DNA of 64,000 nt. Source: a virus (Duplodnaviria > Heunggongvirae > Uroviricota > Caudoviricetes). Numbering within the stretch: position 1 is the first letter of the stretch; every line of letters begins with the position of its first letter. The stretch lies in IMG/VR virus record IMGVR_UViG_3300036399_001023. The stretch is one strand, 5' to 3'. The position numbers and the translations under genes are program-made. The notes beneath the pieces are model-generated. The model ran no database searches and was not told where the DNA came from. It was given only the letters and a program-made list of their open reading frames with translations. This document shows positions 44,183 through 53,458 of this stretch, one piece after another.

Positions 44183-44668
44183 CTAACCGCGAGCGATCAC
44201 TTCCTTCAAGAAGGCGAGACCGTCTTCGTTGGAGTCATAGAAGTGGAGTCTTGCTTCTGGCCCTAATAGCCTTTCACCCGCAGTTAGAGGGTCAGTTGTG
44301 AAACCTAACTCTCCGCACATTACTTGGGCAAACCCTGCAATACAGTGAACCGAGCCGCAGTTACTTGGGGTTAAACCCCGGTAGGAGCTACGGTCTGCAA
44401 AACCTTCAAACGAGCCCGTGTAGTCAGCTTTCAGGTGGAAAGCATACATATAAAAGTTCCCCAGGTCACGCTCTACAATCCAGAGTGCAACGTGCCGTAA
44501 GTTCGCTCCTTGTTGTTCAGGGGAAAGCGCAATGTCCCAGCTTTCTGGAATGTGCGGGAGAAGCGGAAGGGTCTGTGATTGCCCCCGATTAAACATACAG
44601 TGAGTCAAGGGGGCGGTTTTCCGTGAACTTTCCTGAGTGATCGGACGTGTTTCGGTGGCGGTAGTCAT
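44183..44668 (-). CDS. hypothetical protein, paralog family A (start moved to MTTATETRP...)
   Basis: shares MTTAT start, LPLLPHIP, ANLRHVALWIVERD, HCIAGFAQVM with 23757..24377. Confidence 0.45.
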   Translation of the reverse strand: MTTATETRPITQESSRKTAPLTHCMFNRGQSQTLPLLPHIPESWDIALSPEQQGANLRHVALWIVERDLGNFYMYAFHLKADYTGSFEGFADRSSYRGLTPSNCGSVHCIAGFAQVMCGELGFTTDPLTAGERLLGPEARLHFYDSNEDGLAFLKEVIARG

Positions 44669-44733
44669 TTTGTTTCGGGGTTTGGTGTTTTGAGGCGAGC
44701 GGGGTCTTACGGGTCGTAGTTTACACCCGTAGT

Positions 44734-45036
44734 TTAACGTGGGTGGGTTGTTGCCCTGTAGCAATCACCGTCGTCCTGGAGAGTGATTCCGCACAGAAAG
44801 TCGAAAACTGCGTTCTTTGCCTTGCGAAGAAAGCTGACTCTCTTAGGGAAGTTGTCCCCTGGAGCAGGGACCTCAGCCAGTGCTGCATCCACACGGCGGT
44901 CGAGATCGTCGAGTGTTGGCTCCCAATTCTCAAGTACTAGGTGGCCCGTCTGTGATTTGCACATTGACCGCAGTACTGACAGTGCAATTTGTTGCTTGCG
45001 GCACAGAGACCGCAGGTTTAGGTTTTCGGTTTCCAT
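44734..45036 (-). CDS. hypothetical protein
   Basis: ORF track 100 aa. Confidence 0.3.
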   Translation of the reverse strand: METENLNLRSLCRKQQIALSVLRSMCKSQTGHLVLENWEPTLDDLDRRVDAALAEVPAPGDNFPKRVSFLRKAKNAVFDFLCGITLQDDGDCYRATTHPR

Positions 45037-45050
45037 TCTTGTCTCAGGTA

Positions 45051-45386
45051 CTAGGGGGAGTTACGTGAAATAACTCGGCGAAGGAAGCAAAGTGCGTCGG
45101 CGTTGCTGTCATTGAAATGATATTCGGCCTCTTCACCAAGCAAAAGTCTTCCAACGGCCCACAAGGCCACATGTAGCAGGTTAGCTTCCTGCTGAGCAGG
45201 AGAAAGCTGGTCAGCGGGGAGCCAAGTAACAGGAATGAAAGGTAAGGCGGGAAGGCCAGGGTTGGTATCTAACGCGATTCCCTGAGCGGTCCGAATTGCT
45301 TGTGCCGTAAGAGTCATTTTGTTTGGTAATGTGGCGGGGAAATTGTGCAGGGAGTCAAGCTCGGGTTTGGGGCCGATTGAGGACAA
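45051..45386 (-). CDS. hypothetical protein, short paralog of family A
   Basis: LPALPFIP...QQEANLLHVALWAVGR shared. Confidence 0.4.
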   Translation of the reverse strand: MSSIGPKPELDSLHNFPATLPNKMTLTAQAIRTAQGIALDTNPGLPALPFIPVTWLPADQLSPAQQEANLLHVALWAVGRLLLGEEAEYHFNDSNADALCFLRRVISRNSP

Positions 45387-45459
45387 GAACCAATGAAATC
45401 AGGCCAAGCAACGTGAAGAGAGTGCTGTGAAAGGCGGAGAGGTCGTTCAGGGGAAACAT
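45355..45459 (-). CDS. possible 34-aa hydrophobic micro-protein (MFPLNDLSAFHSTLFTLLGLISLVLVLN...)
   Basis: manual translation directly downstream of cassette 45470..45544. Confidence 0.2.
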   Translation of the reverse strand: MFPLNDLSAFHSTLFTLLGLISLVLVLNRPQTRA

Positions 45460-45469
45460 GGTTGCTCAA

Positions 45470-45544
45470 GTGGACTGAAGTAACTATACCGTTTTCCATT
45501 CGGAAGGGCAAGGGGGTAAACCGCCCCAGGGCAACCGGTTACCC
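45470..45544 (-). promoter_or_regulatory. cassette, GTGGACTGAAGTAA leader subfamily
   Basis: gtggactgaagtaactataccg-ttttccattcggaagg-gcaagggggtaaaccgcccc..ggttaccc. Confidence 0.55.
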
Positions 45545-45547
45545 TTC

Positions 45548-45784
45548 TCAGAGACGCACACGAACAAGAGTGGCAGCCTCAGAGCGAGTGCGAGCTATCT
45601 CGTCGCAGTCGGCCTCACTTAGGCCCGTCATACTCTGCAGCTCATGGTCCTGCACTCCATCCAAAACGGTCACGAGTGCGCGAGCGAAACGTTCGGCTTT
45701 CGCCTCTGCTTCCCCTCGCTTCTCGTTCTCGTGGAATCCAAGGGATCTTATAACCCTAAGAGTCACCGCGTTAGTGGAATCCAT
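45548..45784 (-). CDS. hypothetical protein
   Basis: ORF track 78 aa. Confidence 0.35.
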   Translation of the reverse strand: MDSTNAVTLRVIRSLGFHENEKRGEAEAKAERFARALVTVLDGVQDHELQSMTGLSEADCDEIARTRSEAATLVRVRL

Positions 45785-45804
45785 TGTTTTTTGGAGGAAC
45801 TCAA

Positions 45805-45875
45805 CTCATTTAGTATACCGTTTCTGCCCCGCAGAAACAAGACGGAAAACAGAACGTTTAGGGCGGTTAACCCCC
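45805..45875 (-). promoter_or_regulatory. cassette, CTCATTTAGTATACCG subfamily
   Basis: ctcatttagtataccg-tttctgccccgcagaaac-aagacggaaaac...gggcggttaaccccc. Confidence 0.5.
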
Positions 45876-45914
45876 TGAGACTTTCCCCCTCGCCCTAACA
45901 ACTCGAAAGGTCGC

Positions 45915-46481
45915 TCACCCTGCGAATGGCTTTTCGAGGGCATCCTCCAACTTTTGCAGTCGTAGCTCAATGCTTTGCAACCTGTCCTCCGCCTCCCTTT
46001 CCATTTTTATCCTCTTCTTATGGCGTTGAATCTGCTCAACGCGAATCTCCTCCCGCAGTCTTGTGTTTTCTTCCTTAAGCCTTGCTGTTTGTTCCCTGTA
46101 CTGGGCGGTCTCCTTTTCAATTATTGCTGTTTCCTCACGAATTCGAGCTGTTTCTTCTCTCGTATCTCTCGTCATTTGCTGTAGTCTCGAAATGTTATCT
46201 TCCATCACTCTGCTCAGACTTGTATTAAGGTGTGGCCGTTCTTCTTCCCGTTTAGCGAGGTATGGGTCAAACTGTGCCGTGTGCGGGGCTCCCGTGGCAC
46301 TCAGAAAAACCCTGTGGTGCTTAAGACCGTTCACACAGTGAATCGTTGACTCTCCCGTTTTCCACCAATGTAGTGTGTCTTCAATCCACACGGATAAGCG
46401 AAAGGGTCGCCTTCCGCCACGGGCACTGTCCTCCCAGCCAACTCTTAATACCTTATCAGTAATTGATCTTAGTTTGTTCAT
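45915..46481 (-). CDS. hypothetical protein with C-terminal coiled coil
   Basis: heptad-rich ...ETARIREETAIIEKETAQYREQTARLKEEN... Confidence 0.4.
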   Translation of the reverse strand: MNKLRSITDKVLRVGWEDSARGGRRPFRLSVWIEDTLHWWKTGESTIHCVNGLKHHRVFLSATGAPHTAQFDPYLAKREEERPHLNTSLSRVMEDNISRLQQMTRDTREETARIREETAIIEKETAQYREQTARLKEENTRLREEIRVEQIQRHKKRIKMEREAEDRLQSIELRLQKLEDALEKPFAG

Positions 46482-46502
46482 TTGTTCCAGTAAAGAAGTC
46501 GT

Positions 46503-46934
46503 CTAATCCGTTATTGTGCAAGTCTGCGCATAATAGTCAATTAGAGCAATTGACCTGGCTTGTTTTTCGTCATTCGCCCAACAGTGCGTCGTGCTTATGA
46601 GCTCCCCCTTAGAACTGATGCGGAGTTCACTCGGGGGTGGAATAGCGCCGCAACAAGCGCCCACAGAGTAACACTCTTTAACCTCACCAGACACTACTTT
46701 CACAAACCAGAACTCTTGCCCAGGGGGGTTTTCCGTAAGAGGATCCAAGAAGTACTCTTTGATTTCCGAGTAGGGAAGTTCCTTTTTTAGGTCCTCAGCG
46801 AGTTTCATGGTTGAGAATAAGCCCACTACTTCAGCTTCTTCTGTCCCGTAGAATTCTATAACTGCGTAAATGACTGTCATTTGATTGTTTTTTGAGTAGG
46901 TTGTGCTAGAACTTCTCGTAGCTTCCCGACCCAT
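46503..46934 (-). CDS. hypothetical protein
   Basis: ORF track 143 aa. Confidence 0.4.
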   Translation of the reverse strand: MGREATRSSSTTYSKNNQMTVIYAVIEFYGTEEAEVVGLFSTMKLAEDLKKELPYSEIKEYFLDPLTENPPGQEFWFVKVVSGEVKECYSVGACCGAIPPPSELRISSKGELISTTHCWANDEKQARSIALIDYYAQTCTITD

Positions 46935-47287
46935 TCCCGGTCCGCAGGGTCATCCAAATCAACATAAAGCTCAAAGTAACCTCCGGGAGAAGACGGGTCA
47001 ATCATGTGAAACCATGCCTGCTGTTTTCGGGTTACAAAGTCAGGCTCGATGTCGAGAGACGGGCACAGTCCAAAGGTTAACCACTCAAGTTCAAGTCCGC
47101 CATCGAAGCTTGAGAAGGCACTCGGGTACGAATCGGGAGGAAAGTGCTTCTCAAAAAAGTCAAACACCCAGCTTTCGAACCAATCCAAAAGCTCTTTAGA
47201 AGGGGCTTTGCACTCTCCGTCGAGCCAGCCGTCTTCCAGCACCCTGAGCTTACCTAAATTTTCACGGAATTGGGCTTCGGTTTGCAT
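46877..47287 (-). CDS. hypothetical protein
   Basis: ORF track 136 aa. Confidence 0.35.
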   Translation of the reverse strand: MQTEAQFRENLGKLRVLEDGWLDGECKAPSKELLDWFESWVFDFFEKHFPPDSYPSAFSSFDGGLELEWLTFGLCPSLDIEPDFVTRKQQAWFHMIDPSSPGGYFELYVDLDDPADREWVGKLREVLAQPTQKTIK

Positions 47288-47345
47288 ACTTGGCTTGTTA
47301 GTTGGGCTGGTAGGTTGGGGTTAAAGGCCAGTGAAAACCCTATAA

Positions 47346-47744
47346 TTAAGGGCAAAGTCCTAAGGCTCTTTTCTCCTCCTCAGTCAACTTGGCCAAGGCA
47401 GTTTCCTTAACTACCTTCATTCGTTCGGCATCGCGTAACTTGTGAATGGCCCACCATTCCTGGTAAACAGGGGGAACCGGGTCTAGCTCCAAATCTAGGA
47501 CGTGCACATCAAAAACATCCCTTGTTTTTTCAAGCTCAGTAAAGGCGTAGCATGCAATTTCCATGAGCGCTCCAGGAAGTTCCGCGTCGCTTACGGACAC
47601 ACCGTACAGGCGCAAGTTGTCCTTTGCTTGCTCGGTCGGAAGCAGATAACGAACTGGAGCTAGCACAGGATTCCCGGCACCCTCGCTCTTAGGAGAGCGG
47701 AAGTCGTGGTGAGGCACACCATAAAAAGGGTCTCGGCAGGGCAT
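47346..47744 (-). CDS. hypothetical protein (C-terminal KLTEEEKRALGL motif shared with 52095..52403)
   Basis: ORF track 132 aa. Confidence 0.4.
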   Translation of the reverse strand: MPCRDPFYGVPHHDFRSPKSEGAGNPVLAPVRYLLPTEQAKDNLRLYGVSVSDAELPGALMEIACYAFTELEKTRDVFDVHVLDLELDPVPPVYQEWWAIHKLRDAERMKVVKETALAKLTEEEKRALGLCP

Positions 47745-47781
47745 TTCACTCGGGGTGTGGTTAGGGTTGTAAGAGGTTGGG

Positions 47782-48153
47782 CTACTTGAAGTTTGACTCC
47801 GCAGTTATCTGCTCTACGGCGTCTTGCGCAAGAGCACGGCAGTTGCTTCGGCGATAGAGACCGACCACTGCCCAGTGGGGGAAGCCGTAAGCTCCTCCAG
47901 TATAGCTGTTGTCTCCGGTTTGGAAACCCCAAGAGAAGGAACCGTCATCGTTCAAATCGGCGCCAACCGTTACCAAAATCCCTGGAATGCTGTCTTCTTC
48001 GTAAGCACGATAGTCGTTTTGAATGTCTTTTTTCAGAGATTTCAATAGGGACTCAATTTCGGTCTGAAGAACTTTTTTGGGATTAGACGTCATTTGGATA
48101 ACTTGGGGGGACTCTTTAGGTTGGCGACCGCGCTCGGGACTCCGAGGAGCCAA
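47782..48153 (-). CDS. hypothetical protein
   Basis: ORF track 123 aa. Confidence 0.4.
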   Translation of the reverse strand: MAPRSPERGRQPKESPQVIQMTSNPKKVLQTEIESLLKSLKKDIQNDYRAYEEDSIPGILVTVGADLNDDGSFSWGFQTGDNSYTGGAYGFPHWAVVGLYRRSNCRALAQDAVEQITAESNFK

Positions 48154-48413
48154 GTTAAGCGAAAAGCGCAGCCCCAGCGATCACAAATATACTCAAGGCT
48201 TGACTCGATGCTTGCCAGACTCATGTAGCCATAGGTTTCCTCGCCGCTCCTTCTGTCCGGGTCGTAAGCGAAGTGAAAAGCCCGTAGAGCTTGAATAGCT
48301 CTCTTGTTCCTCTCAATTTTACGTACTACTTTGCCCAGGTCCACGGGGTGCGAGAAGTCGAAAACTTCACGTTGGATGCGCGATTGGAGTCGCTTTTTGA
48401 CTTTCTTTCTCAT
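48090..48413 (-). CDS. hypothetical protein
   Basis: ORF track 107 aa. Confidence 0.35.
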   Translation of the reverse strand: MRKKVKKRLQSRIQREVFDFSHPVDLGKVVRKIERNKRAIQALRAFHFAYDPDRRSGEETYGYMSLASIESSLEYICDRWGCAFRLTWLLGVPSAVANLKSPPKLSK

Positions 48414-48436
48414 AAGGTAAGTTTAGCTCGTTTGAT

Positions 48437-48463
48437 CCACGGAGGCAAGGGGGGAAACCGCCC
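48437..48463 (-). promoter_or_regulatory. short cassette (hairpin only)
   Basis: ccacggaggcaaggggggaaaccgccc. Confidence 0.35.
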
Positions 48464-48472
48464 TATGGGTCC

Positions 48473-48832
48473 TCAGGACCATGCAGAGGGGGCGGAGGAA
48501 AGCTCAAGTAGTCTCTTCACAGTGTCTCCGTGACAACGCTTTGGCGCACAAAAGCAAATTAGCTCCAGGGACTTCACGCTCGGATCTTGAACAATTGCGA
48601 GCAACTCTTGAAACTGCGCAAGTTCGGCACCTTTCTGAAGTAGCCTTGGAGGCAACCACTCTTCGTAACTATCGCAGACGCGGTCTCTCTCGACCTGGCT
48701 AGAGTCCTTCATCGGCAGCGGATTACCAAGGGCAGTTCCACGGTGAATTGCTCGGCGTACAACACCCTCGGGAGGCTTCGTCGCTCGCCCCAAGTGGTAC
48801 TTGTTTACAACTTTGATCTCTGACATTTTCAA
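48473..48832 (-). CDS. hypothetical protein
   Basis: ORF track 119 aa. Confidence 0.4.
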   Translation of the reverse strand: MKMSEIKVVNKYHLGRATKPPEGVVRRAIHRGTALGNPLPMKDSSQVERDRVCDSYEEWLPPRLLQKGAELAQFQELLAIVQDPSVKSLELICFCAPKRCHGDTVKRLLELSSAPSAWS

Positions 48833-48841
48833 TGGAGTTTA

Positions 48842-49480
48842 CTACAAAGGGAGGGACCACTCGCACGTGGATTGAGCTTCAAGCCCTCCCGTTTTCAAAG
48901 GGTTTATGTAGAAAAAGGTTTGCTCCGCACAAGGCACTCCAGAGACTCTTTCTCTGAGTCGCAGGTACCTTGTATACTCATTGTGCTTCTCGTGGAATTT
49001 TCCCAAGGAAGTGAAACTCCCGTCGCTAACTGCAAACACTGCCCCATCTTTGTAGGCTTCCATTAACGCCCAACCGTGCCACAGGTTGGAGAAAGGAAAA
49101 GGACGCCAGTAGTCGCAGCGTGGCTTTAGGTTTCTTAGCAGTTCTTTCGTTGCGTTTTTCACATCGAGTCTCCCTAAGTCTGTCTTAATGCTGTACAAGT
49201 CCAGGTCGTCGTAATCGCTGCGAGGAAACTCATCGAATTGGTTCTTGAGCCCCAGGTAAAGGTCCAACTGAGCTAGAGACAAGAGCTTTCCACGTGAAAG
49301 AGCAAAAACAGCGCCAGCCTCGAACGCCTCCGTCAGCGCCCATCTTTTCCAGAGAAAGTATGGAACCTCGCTGACTTTTCTGTCGCAGCGGCTTTCCAGA
49401 GTAGTCGTGTAGTCTCTTGCAGCCGCAAAGAGGCCAAGACCCCATAAGCTGTTGACTTTGTTGGAAAGTTGCGGGTTCAT
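48842..49480 (-). CDS. hypothetical protein with internal tandem repeat (WALTEAFEAGAVFALSRGKL / WALMEAYKDGAVFAVSDGSF)
   Basis: ORF track 212 aa. Confidence 0.4.
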   Translation of the reverse strand: MNPQLSNKVNSLWGLGLFAAARDYTTTLESRCDRKVSEVPYFLWKRWALTEAFEAGAVFALSRGKLLSLAQLDLYLGLKNQFDEFPRSDYDDLDLYSIKTDLGRLDVKNATKELLRNLKPRCDYWRPFPFSNLWHGWALMEAYKDGAVFAVSDGSFTSLGKFHEKHNEYTRYLRLRERVSGVPCAEQTFFYINPLKTGGLEAQSTCEWSLPL

Positions 49481-49751
49481 CTCGCTTTGGGCAACGGGGG
49501 TTAACTGGTGGTGACTGCTTCGTTTTTTGTGGAAAAAGGGTTGTACTAGTCAACAATTGCTAAGAAAAGCTTGCGTGAAGCGAAGACCAATGCGGTTATC
49601 GGCCACACCCATGCTAACAAAACTGAACTGCCGGATGGGTACTTCCTTTCAATAAGCGCACAGTAGGCTCCACAGCAGGTGCTGGCGTATGCTGCAGTAA
49701 AGAGAAAGAACATTGAGCTGGGGGGAGGGGTGGACAAGGAAAGGGGGGACC

Positions 49752-50123
49752 CTAGTAGCTGTTTTCGAAGCGGATTTTGTGCACCCCCTTTGGAATTTCG
49801 CTCACAATCACTTCATACCCGTGAACACCCTCGACTGGATGAACCTGGCGAAAAGGTACAAACGGTACTTCAACCTCCAAGGTGCTGTCGGGATCGATAC
49901 ACTCTAGTTTGTATGGCCCAAAGTACTCAGCGGTTTCTTCTGGTAGAGAAACTCCTACCTCGCGACAGACCCTCAAGACTTTAAGGTGCTTCTGGTGCTC
50001 GGGGTCCTCGGGACTCCGGTAACCTTTGACGCTGGTTAACATTGACATTTTGGATCGAGAAATGCTTGGAGAGGGTTTGCCCCTGTACGAACCTATTATA
50101 GCGTTGTTTTCCGAAGAAAACAA
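49752..50123 (-). CDS. hypothetical protein
   Basis: ORF track 123 aa. Confidence 0.4.
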   Translation of the reverse strand: MFSSENNAIIGSYRGKPSPSISRSKMSMLTSVKGYRSPEDPEHQKHLKVLRVCREVGVSLPEETAEYFGPYKLECIDPDSTLEVEVPFVPFRQVHPVEGVHGYEVIVSEIPKGVHKIRFENSY

Positions 50124-50159
50124 GGGTGGAAACCGCCGTTTTCCGGGGCGGTTCCCCCC
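50092..50159 (-). promoter_or_regulatory. intergenic terminator-promoter cassette
   Basis: cctattatagcg-ttgttttccgaagaaaac-aagggtggaaaccgcc..ggggcggttcccccc. Confidence 0.5.
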
Positions 50160-50642
50160 TCAACCCCCTGGAATGTACTGAGCTGAAGCGGGAGAAATAA
50201 CCATGAGTCCCTTACACTCTCGATTAGGTGGGCAATATCGCTTTGTCAAGTCTGTGGCGTTTCCCTCATCGTAGTAAGTTATTTTATTACCGTCCTCATC
50301 GAGTAGTTGTTCGACAAAAACGTGGCCATTATGCACGCTCTGAACAAGGTAAACAGAGTGGGTTTGAACGAGTACCTTTCTAAGGTTAGGAAAGCACACC
50401 AGCATTCGATCAGGAATGGCCCTCAGTTCCAGCAAGTTCGCCCATCGTTCGGGGTACTCAAGGTCAAATTCTTCTACGGAAGGGTCAACTTCGCACTTGT
50501 CAAACATCTGCTCAAGAATGGACTTTCCACGGTATTGGAACATATACGAAATTCCGTCTCGGAGATTCGGACGAGTGGCTACTTGAACTGTGAAGTAAAT
50601 TTCTTCACCTTTGGAGTTGACGTAGTGATGGGACTTTGCCAT
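50160..50642 (-). CDS. hypothetical protein
   Basis: ORF track 160 aa. Confidence 0.4.
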   Translation of the reverse strand: MAKSHHYVNSKGEEIYFTVQVATRPNLRDGISYMFQYRGKSILEQMFDKCEVDPSVEEFDLEYPERWANLLELRAIPDRMLVCFPNLRKVLVQTHSVYLVQSVHNGHVFVEQLLDEDGNKITYYDEGNATDLTKRYCPPNRECKGLMVISPASAQYIPGG

Positions 50643-50653
50643 TTTGACTCAGG

Positions 50654-50887
50654 TTAGTCGAAGGGAACGGGAAACAACTCAATCTTTACGGACACGTCGG
50701 CGTGCCCCCTATTCATGGGGCTGTCATAATAGTTAATAACCCAGTGGGCGTCACCCACACGGTAGGTTACTTGCTCTAGTGTCAACGTGCTTCCCTTTGC
50801 CGGAATACTACTTAATTCCAAGTCGTAAAATCTGCACTCGATGGTGCGGTTTTCAAGGTGGGCGTTTGTGAATGTGACTTTGTACAT
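50654..50887 (-). CDS. hypothetical protein (start moved to MYKVTF to avoid 97-nt overlap with ligase)
   Basis: ORF track 122 aa trimmed. Confidence 0.3.
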   Translation of the reverse strand: MYKVTFTNAHLENRTIECRFYDLELSSIPAKGSTLTLEQVTYRVGDAHWVINYYDSPMNRGHADVSVKIELFPVPFD

Positions 50888-50925
50888 TTGTTTCAGATGT
50901 GTGCGCAAGGTGAAAAGTGGGATAG

Positions 50926-52098
50926 TCAGGCAATCCCAAGCAAAACGTCGAGCTTTTTTGGGGTTAAACCTTCGAGCCACTCTGCAAAGGATCCGACTTT
51001 GCCGGATCGAATCGCAAAGCATGCTCCAGAAAGTTCTTTTGACTCGGCAAGTACGGCTTGAGCGAAATCCTTTTGGTTAAGATGGTTGAAACTCGCCATT
51101 AGCCACTCCACCGAAGTTCCCATTTGGTTAATGGTGTGAGAATAAACGTTGAAGCCGTCGCGGTACTCAGGGAAGTGAAGCAGAAACTCTTCCAAGTCGT
51201 CGTTCAGGAAAAGCTCGGAGAAATCCGGATCCCCGTTACCACGCGCACGGTGCAACTGACAGTATAGATCGGACTTTGCTTTCGCACGACCATCACCGTC
51301 AAAGAGAATGAAGCCTTCGTGTTCCGCGCCACGATTGTTGACAACGGCCATCAGACCCTCCATGCTCCCTAGTTCGTAGGACTTGGCAGTCTCGTATCCG
51401 TACCTCAAACCGAACTCCTCCAGCTCAAGCTCCTCGAAGTCTTGGGTACGATCGCGCACAGCCAGCATCGGCAGCTGGGGCTCGGCGTAGTCCACAACGA
51501 TGCGGTTGTCACGGTGGCAAAGCTCAAAGATGTAGCAAAGCTCCACGTCAAGCCACTCTCGAGAATACCCAACTTCGTTAAAAACGTGCCAAAACAGCTC
51601 AGCGAACGAACGACCGGTTGAGCCTACCTCCGACGCTGCTGCAACGCTTCCTGAAGTTGAGACTATCCAATCCCCACGATAACTAAAAAGTTTGCACAAA
51701 CTCCCATCGTATTTTTCAAATACTTGAGTGCGAGACCAGTCCAGTTCGTGGCAGTGGCCTTCGCCAACGTTGAAAAAGCGGTCGAAGGCGTACGCAACCA
51801 GCCGAAAGTACGGGGAGCCCGTGCCATCATCAACAAGTTCGACTACGGCACCACGGCAGGCACGAACGATTGGCAGCGACTTGTCCGCCATTACACTGCC
51901 GTACTTTAAGTTGTAGAGAGCAGGGTAACGCTCGTCGCGAGCAACACGAATGTCGTGCTCGGCAAGTGCTTCAAAAGCAGTCTCGACCCTGTAGTTTAAC
52001 CAGTCGATTAGAAAGTGGCGCAGGTTCAATTCCATTTTGTTAGTATGGTGTTTCAGCCGATAAGTAAAAAAAAAAGGGGGGGCAAACCGCCCTTTCAA
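50926..52098 (-). CDS. Rnl1-family RNA ligase (T4 gp63-like)
   Basis: VFEKYDGSL matches the Rnl1 motif I (KxDG; T4 Rnl1 Lys99 in ..EKEDGSL..); size 390 aa. Confidence 0.55.
   Translation of the reverse strand: MKGRFAPPFFFTYRLKHHTNKMELNLRHFLIDWLNYRVETAFEALAEHDIRVARDERYPALYNLKYGSVMADKSLPIVRACRGAVVELVDDGTGSPYFRLVAYAFDRFFNVGEGHCHELDWSRTQVFEKYDGSLCKLFSYRGDWIVSTSGSVAAASEVGSTGRSFAELFWHVFNEVGYSREWLDVELCYIFELCHRDNRIVVDYAEPQLPMLAVRDRTQDFEELELEEFGLRYGYETAKSYELGSMEGLMAVVNNRGAEHEGFILFDGDGRAKAKSDLYCQLHRARGNGDPDFSELFLNDDLEEFLLHFPEYRDGFNVYSHTINQMGTSVEWLMASFNHLNQKDFAQAVLAESKELSGACFAIRSGKVGSFAEWLEGLTPKKLDVLLGIA
52040..52093 (-). promoter_or_regulatory. cassette variant with strong terminator (minus GGGCGG-TTT-GCCCCCCC + T10)
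   Basis: ttagtatggtg...taagt-a10-g7-caaaccgccc. Confidence 0.5.
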
Positions 52099-52403
52099 GG
52101 GTCAGTCAGGCCAAGGGCTTCTTTCTCTTCTCTTGAGAGCTTCCTAAGGGCTTCCTGGCGAATTTTCTCCTTGCTGGCTTTCGCCTGAACGATGTCGTAG
52201 TCAATCACGTTAACCGGTTTAATCTCCCAGTCTCCTCTCCGGCCCAGTAACCTCTGGACTCCAGGCTGTTCATTAATGTACTTTTCAGCGTGAGGCTGGT
52301 GAAGGAAAGCGAGATCCGGGACCATTGGCCCCCTGCCCTCGGTTTCGTCGGAGTTGCGATACGTTTGCCAGATTTGCATTGGTTTGTCCGGTGATGTGTC
52401 CAT
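52095..52403 (-). CDS. hypothetical protein (start MDTSPDKP; ATG 6 nt after cassette -10, possible leaderless)
   Basis: listed ORF trimmed because its N-terminus runs through cassette 52408..52465. Confidence 0.35.
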   Translation of the reverse strand: MDTSPDKPMQIWQTYRNSDETEGRGPMVPDLAFLHQPHAEKYINEQPGVQRLLGRRGDWEIKPVNVIDYDIVQAKASKEKIRQEALRKLSREEKEALGLTDP

Positions 52404-52407
52404 GAAA

Positions 52408-52465
52408 CAATGATACCGTTTCTGCTCTGCAGAAACAAGCCGGGAAACCGCCCTTAGCGGTTTCG
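52408..52465 (-). promoter_or_regulatory. intergenic terminator-promoter cassette; -10 TATCAT 6 nt before ATG of 52095..52403
   Basis: caatgataccg-tttctgctctgcagaaac-aagccgggaaaccgccc..agcggtttcg. Confidence 0.55.
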
Positions 52466-52477
52466 TTTCCCATTGTC

Positions 52478-53098
52478 TCACTTCGGCTCGGACCTTCGAC
52501 TAGGAAAGTTAGTCCCGAGGTCTCCTTTTATCTCTCCGTTGACGAGTACAACAAGGTGGCCAGTGCCGTGCTCGTCCCAGTCATCGGAGAATTTCTCGTC
52601 GATCGACAGAGTAACCTTGTGCTTGTAGAGAACTTGGCCCAGATCCTTTCTAAACTCGTCCATGTCGAACTTTTCGCCAGGCGTGTACGCAGCGGTCTTA
52701 ACTATTTCGTCTCGAATGAGATTGTCCCAGTCGACGCAGTTGTACGGGAGTTTTGTTGAGGACAGGTCTTCAGGTGTGAAGGAGGTTCGGAGTCTGACTC
52801 TCCACCCTTTTGTCCAAGTACGATCCTCACGGACCCTTACAAGAGTGTAGCAGTAGGAGGATGGCACGTTCGGGTCCGTTGCTTTTGGGTGCATCCAGAT
52901 GTCGGACACAACGTAAAGACCGCTCTTTACGGGACTCCTTCGAAAATGAAGGTAAGGAACTTCAGTGCCCCATGTTCGACCGTCGGGTGAATTTTTAAGT
53001 ATTTTTCCAGGAACAAACACACTGTCCCCTGGCTTCAGCAAAAGTTGTCCTATAACTGATTCCGGGGGAGACTTCATGGGTTGGGGTGCTTTGGTCAC
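52478..53098 (-). CDS. hypothetical protein
   Basis: ORF track 206 aa (GTG start as listed, alternative ATG at 53077). Confidence 0.4.
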   Translation of the reverse strand: MTKAPQPMKSPPESVIGQLLLKPGDSVFVPGKILKNSPDGRTWGTEVPYLHFRRSPVKSGLYVVSDIWMHPKATDPNVPSSYCYTLVRVREDRTWTKGWRVRLRTSFTPEDLSSTKLPYNCVDWDNLIRDEIVKTAAYTPGEKFDMDEFRKDLGQVLYKHKVTLSIDEKFSDDWDEHGTGHLVVLVNGEIKGDLGTNFPSRRSEPK

Positions 53099-53099
53099 G

Positions 53100-53173
53100 A
53101 ACCAATTATACCGTTTCTGCAGAGCAGAAACAAGGGTGTAAACCGCCCTAGGGCAAGGGGGGTTAACCGCCCC
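53100..53173 (-). promoter_or_regulatory. intergenic terminator-promoter cassette (double hairpin)
   Basis: accaattataccg-tttctgcagagcagaaac-aagggtgtaaaccgccc..ggggggttaaccgcccc. Confidence 0.55.
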
Positions 53174-53183
53174 CTCAAGGTAG

Positions 53184-53417
53184 TCAAGTTAGACGCGGGA
53201 TGGCCTTGCGAGGCTTCGATGCAACGATGTAGTAGTCGGGAACATGATCCGCAGGGTTTACGGCGTTCACTGTAGTATACCGCTCGTTGGCCTCCACAAA
53301 AGTCGTGAAGAATTCGGACCAGGACTCGCTTCCCCATTCATGATCAGACTCATGCAAGTCAACAATCCAAACATCTTGAGCTAAGCTTAAACCTTGTTCT
53401 TCGGTGATTCTTGCCAT
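53184..53417 (-). CDS. hypothetical protein
   Basis: ORF track 77 aa. Confidence 0.35.
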   Translation of the reverse strand: MARITEEQGLSLAQDVWIVDLHESDHEWGSESWSEFFTTFVEANERYTTVNAVNPADHVPDYYIVASKPRKAIPRLT

Positions 53418-53458
53418 TTTACACTAGTGGGATGAATGTGAAGTTTAGGGGTAACAGG

